A stretch of 45,753 nucleotides of DNA from the NCBI GenBank assembly GCA_030167865.1, contig JALAGF010005881.1, forward strand, positions 1 to 45,753, in the 5' to 3' direction. Position 1 is the first letter of the stretch; each line of letters begins with the position of its first letter. Made by a program: the position numbers and the translations under genes. Shown in pieces: positions 37,907 to 45,753 of this stretch. This DNA comes from Craspedostauros australis (lineage: Eukaryota). Below the pieces are notes generated by a model. That model was not told the origin of the DNA and searched no databases. It was given only the letters and a program-made list of their open reading frames with translations.

Positions 37907-40087
37907 ATGCCAAAGTCCAAATCACTCAAACGCGATAAGCCGGTGACGAGCTCGCTGAAGAGCGCGCTCAATCGTGCCCCTGCCTCCGACAAGGATGGTG
38001 CCGCCTCGGCAGCCGGTTCAACCGATGGACCTGACTTCATCGCCTCCAAGAAATGGCAAGGTGCCAAGCCTGGCTACTTCTTTGGAACCAACAACCGAAA
38101 GACGGGATACTACAAGGACGTCAACGATCCATCAGCAGCATCCACACAAGCAGGAGGGGCCTCCAAAAAGAGGAGCGTGCAGATCATGGAAGATCAGAAC
38201 GAGCTGCACCTCATCCCTCGCAAACCGCTCACGGGGAAGGAGCTCCTGGAACAGGCCGAGAAGGAGAATGCCTCCAGCGTCGTGCTGGACCTCACACCCA
38301 AGGGATTGCGGTCGGCCACGAACGCCCTCGTCAAGCTCAGCAACAAGAACATCCAGCAACGATCGCAGTACGCCGACGAACCCAAGATGTACATGGAGAG
38401 CGAGCTCAATCTCTACGATCACATCACGTCACTCAAGGCAGTGGCCGCGGCCAACGCGCAGCTGTATCAGAGCATCAGCACCAATGAGAAGCTCCTGTCC
38501 ACCCTGCTGCAGCTGCTGGGACATGACAACACCGATATCGCGTCGTCCGTCACGTCCTTGCTGCTGGAATGGTTGGATCCCGCGTTGCTCACCACCTTTG
38601 AGGAGGCTGGTGCGGATCGCAGCGTCATTCTCAACGTTCTGTCGACGCTGTGCAAGCGGGTTCTGGAAGATTCGTGGGAGACTATCGTGATCAACCTGCA
38701 ACGATTTGACAAACCGATCTCACCTTCATCGTCGTCGGATGGCGGCGATGGTGATGAAGACGGAAAGGGCAAGAAGAGCAGTACCGACGATGACGACGAT
38801 GATGCAGAAGACGATGATGAAGACCTGGATGGAATCAGCAACGTCCTGTCATTGATCGAGAATCTTCTCGACATTGACATGATCATTCCGGAAGGAATCT
38901 TCGCGGACGACGACGATGATGATGATGACAACAACAACACGTCGAAGTCCGCAGCCGCATTCATGGTGAAGGAGAGCAAGACGTTGCTGTCGTGGCTCAT
39001 CCAAAAGCTCGACATTCCTCCCAAACGCGCCATTACGGAGAGCACCATGCGGTACATGGAGATCACCACCATTCTTTCGCAGCGGCAGGATGTGCATGCG
39101 GTGGTCGCGGATTGGTCCAAGCTGCCCAAGAGCAACAGGTCGCCCGACGTTCACGTCATCCCCCACGAACGTCCCGGTAAGAAGGTGAGGATCGCGAAGG
39201 AGGATGCCGAAGATGCAGAGTCAGCCTTTGTCAACGGCATCGAGATCATGCTGCAGGCCATCGGACGCTTCCGAAAGAACCAGCCCAGCAACGAAGATGA
39301 GATTGACTACCTCGAGAATGTCTGCACCACGCTATGCTGCTGCCTGTCCTTCTCGAAAACCAACGACAACATGGAGGCCTTCCTTGAAGGTCAGGGCATC
39401 GAGCTGATCGTCAAATGCCTCAAGGAGCGCACGCACGCGGGAGGTTGCGGACTCAAGCTGCTGGACTTCTTTGGCAGCAGCGACGTGCACCAAAAGGCGT
39501 GCGAGCATCTCGTTGTGGCCGGCGGTCTCAAGTACGTCTTCCCCCTCTTCATGGCTACGCGCGCACCCAAACAGGCGCTGGAATCCAAAAAGTCCAAGGC
39601 CAAACGCAGCTGGTTGCACATGCTGCAGACCCAGATCGTGCGCGTCATGTACGCTCTCACGCGCCATCTCACGGAGGATTCACCGCAGGATGCGCAATCT
39701 CGATTCGTTGCCAAGTTCGTCGACGACAAGAACAAGTGCGACCAGCTCGTGGATCTGCTGATAACGTACGATCAGAAAGCCCGCAAGGCGGAGTACGACT
39801 TTTACCGATCCGATGTGGAAGAGGACATGGCGGAGCAGTCCATCCTGGAACTGGCAGCGCTGGAGGCCAAGCTGAAGGGCGGCGGCGAGATCTTTCACCG
39901 TCTGGGCGCCATCGCTGCCTTCCTGTGCGTGCATTCCAAGCGCTGTCATGAGAACATCGTGTCGCAGCTGCGGTTGCAGCAGTCCGGCATCAGCATCATC
40001 AAGGCGGCGTTGGAGGAGTTCATTTCGGTCATCAGCGACGGGGTCCAGCAGAAAAAGCAGCTGAAATCGTATTTGGATCAGTTGTAG
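37907..40087 (+). CDS. CTNNBL1: Beta-catenin-like protein 1 (PRP19 complex-associated)
   Basis: YADEPKMYMESEL, LLQLLGHDNTDIA, NGIEIMLQAI..F.K..P..E.DYLEN, FLEGQGIEL, GGLKYVFPLFM. Confidence 0.92.
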   Translation: MPKSKSLKRDKPVTSSLKSALNRAPASDKDGAASAAGSTDGPDFIASKKWQGAKPGYFFGTNNRKTGYYKDVNDPSAASTQAGGASKKRSVQIMEDQNELHLIPRKPLTGKELLEQAEKENASSVVLDLTPKGLRSATNALVKLSNKNIQQRSQYADEPKMYMESELNLYDHITSLKAVAAANAQLYQSISTNEKLLSTLLQLLGHDNTDIASSVTSLLLEWLDPALLTTFEEAGADRSVILNVLSTLCKRVLEDSWETIVINLQRFDKPISPSSSSDGGDGDEDGKGKKSSTDDDDDDAEDDDEDLDGISNVLSLIENLLDIDMIIPEGIFADDDDDDDDNNNTSKSAAAFMVKESKTLLSWLIQKLDIPPKRAITESTMRYMEITTILSQRQDVHAVVADWSKLPKSNRSPDVHVIPHERPGKKVRIAKEDAEDAESAFVNGIEIMLQAIGRFRKNQPSNEDEIDYLENVCTTLCCCLSFSKTNDNMEAFLEGQGIELIVKCLKERTHAGGCGLKLLDFFGSSDVHQKACEHLVVAGGLKYVFPLFMATRAPKQALESKKSKAKRSWLHMLQTQIVRVMYALTRHLTEDSPQDAQSRFVAKFVDDKNKCDQLVDLLITYDQKARKAEYDFYRSDVEEDMAEQSILELAALEAKLKGGGEIFHRLGAIAAFLCVHSKRCHENIVSQLRLQQSGISIIKAALEEFISVISDGVQQKKQLKSYLDQL

Positions 40088-40726
40088 AATAGTTATGTGG
40101 ACTACCTACTCGGAAGTACGTGCGCATATTACACCGGGCGACTCCTCCATTCTCTCTCTGAAGAGAGAGAGAGAGTGAGAGGAGTGGAAATGGACAATCT
40201 CCACAGTTGGTAACAGATGGGTGTGGCGTCACGATCAGAGTACTGCCTTCGTAAGAATGCAATCGCTCTCTCTAGAGTATGTTTCATTTCGGGAAAGATG
40301 CAACTGCTGCATTGTTGTTGATGTGTGGATTCTACCTGTCGAGTACTTATTTCGCGAGTTGCGCTGGCTCTGCAGTTTGCACCATTTCGCCGCAAAATCT
40401 TTTCGATAATAATCCACAGTTTGGATCTGTGTGATGTTTGCACTGTCTGGGTAGATGTAGTTCTGCATTAACATCTCGACGAGTTGGACTGCTCGCATGC
40501 TGATGCTTTGCTATGACTTGCTTTGCGGGAGAATCAAGCCTGCGAAGGTCGTTGAAGGGACAGAAGCAGAGAGGTGGATTGTTAGCCTTTCGCCTGTGTC
40601 GTCGAGAGACCGAGTGAAGTTGTATAGTGGTAGAGTTGAACACTTCGCAGAATAGTTTGCGATGCCGTAGTGAGAGTGCTCGACGTGGCATCTAGATTGC
40701 ACCCACATCAAAGTCATGTTCCCATA

Positions 40727-40756
40727 CTCACTCACTCACTCACTCACTCACTCACA
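40727..40756. repeat. (CACT)n microsatellite
   Basis: About 7 units in the 3' flank of the 40796 gene. Confidence 0.85.
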
Positions 40757-40795
40757 CGTACTCTAGCACATGCACACGCACACACGGCCACCATC

Positions 40796-41518
40796 TCAGG
40801 AGGCCTCTTTCTTCTCCTGCTGCTTCCGCCGGATGCCATCCGTTACGCCTTTGACGCCTGCCAACGTGCTGAACCCGATGTACGCATAGAAGATGCCTTC
40901 ACCCACCTTGTTGGGACCCTTCTTCGCATCGATGACGACCCACTTGTTGCCGTCGTTCCAACGGATGCCATCCTGATCCTCGAAACCGAGCGTCGTCTTG
41001 ACAGAGTTGGCTGGCTCCCAAACGCCTTCGTGAATGCCATCGCCGACGCTGACGCGGTTGCCATCCAACACGAAGCCATCGAAGGCACCCTGCCGTAGGC
41101 CAAAGTCCTTGATCTCCTGCGGCGTGCAGCCGCGCAGCACCGTGTCGCCCTTGGGACCCACGGCAGTGCCGCTGTAGTGGAAGGTCTTGCCATCTGCGGC
41201 CACCTCGATCTTGCGTTCGCACAGCGGATGCAAGGGATCGGCATAGTTGTGATTGAGGACAGTCGCATCATCGGCTGCTGCGGCTGGCGAACTGGCGGCT
41301 CCCATCATGCAGGCTGCCAGGAATGCCGAAGCTGCGGCCCTGGTGCATGTCGCCACTATGGAATCCTTGGGTTGGTGTTGCTGCTTGTGCTTCTGATTCT
41401 GCATGGCGTTGCCTCGGCTTGATGCGCTGCCAGGAGTTGGCATCTGCAGTGCAGCACATGGAGACGTCAAGGCGACGACTGTCGCTGCACACATCAACTG
41501 AAATCCGACACACCTCAT
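40796..41518 (-). CDS. Hypothetical plastid (probably thylakoid-lumen-facing) protein with C-terminal TM helix
   Basis: Signal peptide (..CAA-LQ), transit-like segment, second hydrophobic stretch ending AAAA-DD, mature domain NYADPLHPLCERKI..IRWNDGNKW, then TM helix and basic tail. Confidence 0.8.
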   Translation of the reverse strand: MRCVGFQLMCAATVVALTSPCAALQMPTPGSASSRGNAMQNQKHKQQHQPKDSIVATCTRAAASAFLAACMMGAASSPAAAADDATVLNHNYADPLHPLCERKIEVAADGKTFHYSGTAVGPKGDTVLRGCTPQEIKDFGLRQGAFDGFVLDGNRVSVGDGIHEGVWEPANSVKTTLGFEDQDGIRWNDGNKWVVIDAKKGPNKVGEGIFYAYIGFSTLAGVKGVTDGIRRKQQEKKEAS

Positions 41519-41553
41519 CTTCTCAATCGATCGTAGAGTATTGGTATTGGCTT

Positions 41554-41578
41554 TGTATTGTATTGTATTGTATTGTAT
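41554..41578. repeat. (TGTAT)n microsatellite at the retroelement 5' junction
   Basis: Five consecutive TGTAT units. Confidence 0.85.
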
Positions 41579-41836
41579 AATATTTGGTACGAAGGCACAG
41601 TAATGTATCTTGGTTGAACCTATCCACACTTGCAAACGCGAAGAATGTATTGATTCCAGTCCCGCACGTGACCCGACTGACCGGCGTACGCAAAGTGCGC
41701 ACCTCGCGCCCACTTTCCTCCTAGAGCAGATCAAGACACTAGCAGGAGCCAAGACCGCAACTCCTCAGCTCAGCAATGTAATATCTCATAATATTAGCGA
41801 ACAACATTGATTCACACACTACTCGTCTTATTGACA
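41574..41836 (+). repeat. Putative 5' LTR (~263 bp, TG...CA)
   Basis: Inferred from TGT at 41574 and ACA ending at 41836 next to a PBS-position element. No second LTR is available for comparison, so boundaries are tentative. Confidence 0.55.
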
Positions 41837-41904
41837 GTTGTTCGCTAATAGCCAACGTTTGAAAATCTCGGTCACCAAGACCAGCATCACCAAAAATCAT
41901 CACC

Positions 41905-43068
41905 ATGGCCAACAGCCACGAGAAGATCCTCGCCACCTTTCCACAGGCAATCGTCGAACCCATCGTCGGGGTACCCACATACGAGTCCATCGCAGAACTC
42001 AATGTAGTCCTCAACGCCAATGCGGCCTCGGTGCACTGCCCCCTCGGAAACGGTCAGCTTGGATACCTGGTCCTCACCGTCTCCCGAGAGGTGTACCAAG
42101 AACATTCGGCGACAGCATTCGTCGTGCCGGTCAACCCAGGACCACACCCGAACATCCCGAACGCAGCCACTGCAGCCCAGATCAGCGCCGCCACCAGCAT
42201 CCACAAGGAACAGGAGCGCCTTTGGAGAGAGTACCGCGCGGTCGACAATGCCCTCAAGCAACAGCTTCTTGGCGCCATTGAAGACCAATACGTGCGAACT
42301 CTCCGCCACAACATCGTCGGCTACGCCAATGTCACGACACTCGAGCTGCTGACCCACCTGTACTCCACGTATGGCAAGATCACACCACAAGACCTCGACG
42401 AAAACGACAAGGCCATGAAGACCCCGTACGATCCGACGGCGCCGTTCGAAGTGCTCGTCGCCCAAATCGAATCTGCGCGCGATCTTGCGGCTGCTGCCAA
42501 AGCACCGTACGCAGATCACCAGCTCGTCACCACGGCGTACAACCTGGTGTTCCGAACACAAGCGTTCCCCGAAGCATGCCGCTCTTTCCGCGCTCTCAGT
42601 GCCGCCGACAAGACATGGGCTCGCTTCAAGAAGGACTTCGCTGCAGCTCACCAAGACCTCCGCGAGTCGCAAGCCACGGCGACGGGAGCCAACTTCCAAG
42701 GAGCCAATGCGGCAATCACCGCCACTGAAACCGCAGACGCGCTCGCCAACCTCGCATCCGCAACGGCCGCGGATCGCAGCACCGTAGCACAGCTCACCGA
42801 GAGCAACGCCAACCTCGTCAAGCAGTTGTCGGAGATCACGGCAATGGTGTCCCAGCTGCAAGCCAATGCGGCCACAAGCGGCGGCACAGGAAGCAAGAAG
42901 GGAGGGCGCAAGCACAAGCACAACTCCTACTGCTGGACACACGGGTACAAGGTGGGCGTCACGCACACCAGCGCAACGTGCATGAACCCAGCACCAGGAC
43001 ACAAGAAGGAGGCCACTCGCAACAACACGATGGGAGGATCCACCGAAGGCGCCCCGACGAACGCGTGA
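41905..43068 (+). CDS. gag: Gag with atypical C-x2-H-x7-H-x4-C knuckle
   Basis: 387 aa ORF with LGNGQLGYLVL, GYANVT..LLTHL..YG and YCWTHG..HTSATC, directly upstream of the protease. Confidence 0.9.
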   Translation: MANSHEKILATFPQAIVEPIVGVPTYESIAELNVVLNANAASVHCPLGNGQLGYLVLTVSREVYQEHSATAFVVPVNPGPHPNIPNAATAAQISAATSIHKEQERLWREYRAVDNALKQQLLGAIEDQYVRTLRHNIVGYANVTTLELLTHLYSTYGKITPQDLDENDKAMKTPYDPTAPFEVLVAQIESARDLAAAAKAPYADHQLVTTAYNLVFRTQAFPEACRSFRALSAADKTWARFKKDFAAAHQDLRESQATATGANFQGANAAITATETADALANLASATAADRSTVAQLTESNANLVKQLSEITAMVSQLQANAATSGGTGSKKGGRKHKHNSYCWTHGYKVGVTHTSATCMNPAPGHKKEATRNNTMGGSTEGAPTNA

Positions 43069-45720
43069 CAAGCGCGGCAGGACCACAGTAAGCAAGTAGC
43101 ACTCTCTGTTACTACTTCATCATCCTGTGCTCCTGCCCTCGCCATAGTTGACTCTGGTTGCACTAGTCATTTCCTACGGCCTGAAGATCCATGCATTGGC
43201 CAAACACCCGACGATAACCCATTATCGGTGTCGCTGCCCGACGGATCCAACATCCAATCTTCCCACCGAGCCACGGTCAGCATTGCCAATGTACCGCAGC
43301 ATGCGTGCACCGCGCGAGTTTTTCCACAACTTTCCAGCGCGGCGCTTGTGTCGGTGGGGCAACTGTGTGACCACGGCATGACAGTTGACTTCGACCAAGA
43401 ATCCGTGAGAATTCGAAAAAACGGAAACACGATTCATACCGGTTGTCGGCATCAAGTTGACGGCATGTATCGCATCGACATCCAGCCGCCGAAGCCCACA
43501 TCGCCAAAACTGGCCAATCACGTCCATCACACGTCAACCAAGATGGAACTGGCCAAATATTACCACCAGTGCTGCTTCAGCCCCGCGGTATCCACGTTCA
43601 CGGCTGCCATCAAGAAAGGATTCTTTTCATCTTGGCCCGGACTGACCGAGCAATTGGTGCGAAAATTCCTTCCACCCTCAACGGCAACTGCAGCTGGGCA
43701 CCTACGCCAACAGTACCAGAACACGCAGTCCACGCGCAGTCACTGTAACCACGTCACCCAGTCCACCAAGAATCCCACGGAACAACGCGAGATCTTCATG
43801 GATGTTTATCGGCCAACAGGCAAAATCTTCACCGATCAAACAGGCCGGTTCCCAGTGACGTCAAGCCGTGGATACCAGTACATCATGGTGTTGTACGACC
43901 ATGACTCCAACGCGATTCTTTCACGCCCACTACGCAGTCGGCACGCAACGGAACTCACGCGAGCGTGTGACGAACTTTTGACGGTTCTCCTTCGAAGCGG
44001 AATGACACCGCGATTCCACCGCCTCGACAACGAGGCGCCGAAAGAACTCAAGCACCTCATCGAGTCCAAAGGTATCCAGTACCAGCTTGTACCACCGGGC
44101 ATTCATCGGCGCAACGCAGCGGAGAGAGCCATCTCAACTTGGAAAGACCACTTCATCGCAGGACTGGCCACAGCCGACGAAGCATTTCCGCTGCATCTAT
44201 GGTGTCAACTCCTCCCCCAATGCGACATCACACTCAACCTGATGCGACCGTCGCGAGTCAACCCGCACATTTCGGCACATCATGCCCTCCACGGCAACTT
44301 CGACTTCAACGCAACGCCAATGGCACCACCAGGCACCAAGGCCGTCATCCATGACAAACCCAGCAAGCGAGCCACATGGGCACCACACGGATCAGCCGGA
44401 TGGTACATAGCACCAGCACTCGAACACTACCGGTGCTACAAGGTGTATTGCAACAAAACGAGGACGATCCGGATCACAGACACCATCGAACTGATGCCAA
44501 GCAAATGCGCCATGCCCACACCAACCAACGCAGAGATGGCCATCAAGGCGGCAGGCGACCTCGCCACTGCACTCACCAAGCCATGCGCACCACTCCAGTC
44601 CATTGGCGACGAGCAACTCGGAGCACTCCGGCAGCTCAGCGACATCTTCCAGCAGGCGCTCCCCGCGACGCCCACAGCACCACTTCCAAGGGTGCACACC
44701 GAGCCACCTCCGAGGGTGCTCACCACGGCCAGCAGTGACACCAGCAGCAAACGCGTCACCTTCGCGACACCGGCGCGCACACCTCCGAGGGTGCCCCAAA
44801 ACACACCGCAAGTCACAGACGACGAAGCCGACTCCGAACCAGAATCGGACGACGATGACGACGACGACGACGACGGCGACGACAGCGCCAACACGGGAGC
44901 ACCTCCCACAGGCCATACCAAGACGGCACCACGCACACGACTGCGCACCGGCACCATCCAGCGCAAGCAGTGGGCACGCGGAGCCACCACCGCAAACGCA
45001 GTCATCGACGAACGCACGGGGACAGCATACGAATACCGGCACCTCATCGCTGGCAAGGTTCATGGCCACACCCCGCAACAATGGTACACATCCTTCGCCA
45101 ACGAGATCGGGCGTCTCGCACAAGGCGTCGGGACCCGCATCCCAGCATCGGCGGCAACCAACACCATCTTCTTCGTCCCAAGATCGGCAGTGCCACGAGA
45201 TCGCACCGTCACATACGGCCGCATTGTCTGCGCCGTGCGACCGCAAAAAGCAGAAACACATCGCACGCGCCTCACCGTAGGAGGCAATCTCATCGATTAC
45301 CCCTTCGACGTGCACACACCCACCGCCGAACTCACCACTGCAAAATGTTTGTTCAACAGCGTCGTCTCCACACCGAATGCGAGGTTCATGACCATCGACA
45401 TCAAGGATTTTTATCTGAACACCGAAATGGACAGATACGAATACATGCGAATGCCGATGACAATGCTGCCACCAGAGATCGTCGAACAATACCAGCTTCG
45501 GAACTTGGAACACAACGGCAACGTCTACGTCGAAGTGCGAAAGGGCATGTACGGGCTGCCACAGGCGGGCAAAATCGCAAATGTGAAGCTCCAAAAACAC
45601 CTCGCGAAATTCGGGTACAGGCCAGTCCCACACACTCCAGGATTGTGGAAACACGACTGCAGACCCATCACATTAGAGGCCTATCGCATTTCACATTGGG
45701 AGTCCCACGGTACAAAATAA
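43069..45720 (+). CDS. pol: Pol (protease-integrase-partial RT), in frame with gag after a single TGA
   Basis: PR AIVDSGCTSHF. IN DDE: FTDQTGRFP, LDNEA, HRRNAAERAI. RT DIKDFYL and KGMYGLPQAG. RT similarity stops at about 45674. Confidence 0.92.
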   Translation, partial: QARQDHSKQVALSVTTSSSCAPALAIVDSGCTSHFLRPEDPCIGQTPDDNPLSVSLPDGSNIQSSHRATVSIANVPQHACTARVFPQLSSAALVSVGQLCDHGMTVDFDQESVRIRKNGNTIHTGCRHQVDGMYRIDIQPPKPTSPKLANHVHHTSTKMELAKYYHQCCFSPAVSTFTAAIKKGFFSSWPGLTEQLVRKFLPPSTATAAGHLRQQYQNTQSTRSHCNHVTQSTKNPTEQREIFMDVYRPTGKIFTDQTGRFPVTSSRGYQYIMVLYDHDSNAILSRPLRSRHATELTRACDELLTVLLRSGMTPRFHRLDNEAPKELKHLIESKGIQYQLVPPGIHRRNAAERAISTWKDHFIAGLATADEAFPLHLWCQLLPQCDITLNLMRPSRVNPHISAHHALHGNFDFNATPMAPPGTKAVIHDKPSKRATWAPHGSAGWYIAPALEHYRCYKVYCNKTRTIRITDTIELMPSKCAMPTPTNAEMAIKAAGDLATALTKPCAPLQSIGDEQLGALRQLSDIFQQALPATPTAPLPRVHTEPPPRVLTTASSDTSSKRVTFATPARTPPRVPQNTPQVTDDEADSEPESDDDDDDDDDGDDSANTGAPPTGHTKTAPRTRLRTGTIQRKQWARGATTANAVIDERTGTAYEYRHLIAGKVHGHTPQQWYTSFANEIGRLAQGVGTRIPASAATNTIFFVPRSAVPRDRTVTYGRIVCAVRPQKAETHRTRLTVGGNLIDYPFDVHTPTAELTTAKCLFNSVVSTPNARFMTIDIKDFYLNTEMDRYEYMRMPMTMLPPEIVEQYQLRNLEHNGNVYVEVRKGMYGLPQAGKIANVKLQKHLAKFGYRPVPHTPGLWKHDCRPITLEAYRISHWESHGTK

Positions 45721-45753
45721 CCTGATAATGACATTTTTAGAGGGGCAACATGC

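Larger units (their letters stand above)
41574..45674 (+). mobile_element. Ty1/copia LTR retrotransposon (diatom CoDi-like), 3'-truncated or interrupted in RT
   Basis: Domain order gag-PR-IN-RT. No RNase H or 3' LTR in the window. Confidence 0.95.

Noticed and set aside
9107..40087. Apparent cluster of RNA-processing genes (TRM112, INTS1, NHP2, CTNNBL1)
   Set aside because: Spread over 30 kb among unrelated genes, consistent with chance.
43066..43068. UGA as selenocysteine
   Set aside because: It lies at the gag/pol boundary rather than a redox site, and the hairpin lacks the SECIS AUGA/GA quartet. Ordinary readthrough is more parsimonious.
41887..45654. Long antisense ORFs over gag (41887-43095) and pol (44392-45654)
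   Set aside because: Shadow frames explained by codon bias, with no recognisable motifs.
45740..45753. AGAGGGG as PPT and start of the 3' LTR
   Set aside because: The following bases do not match the 5' LTR start, and the RT C-terminus and RNase H are missing.

Overview
Gene-dense, GC-rich eukaryotic DNA, most likely from a diatom or other photosynthetic stramenopile. Evidence: GT-AG introns, several ASAFAP-type bipartite plastid presequences, a DUF6824 protein and a diatom-type (CoDi-like) copia element. Genes in order: 5'-truncated unknown ORF, VPS52, RING-H2 E3 ligase, TRM112, TCTP, plastid-targeted 2OG-Fe(II) oxygenase, 7-exon Integrator subunit 1, DUF1415, DUF3783-like protein, 4-exon prolyl 4-hydroxylase with a VHL-beta-like segment, DUF6824 protein, NHP2, Cys-rich plastid protein, CTNNBL1 and a putative thylakoid protein. 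The last ~4.1 kb is a Ty1/copia LTR retrotransposon and is the most interesting part. (1) gag and pol are in the same frame, separated by one UGA-C stop followed 7 nt later by a long stem-loop, which suggests programmed readthrough. (2) The PBS position holds no tRNA-type TGG; instead a 14-mer perfectly complementary to an LTR-internal segment sits there, which suggests Tf1-like self-priming in a copia element. (3) The element sits ~55 bp from a host ATG and its RT breaks off just before the catalytic DD motif. All calls are by eye; no database searches or folding programs were run.
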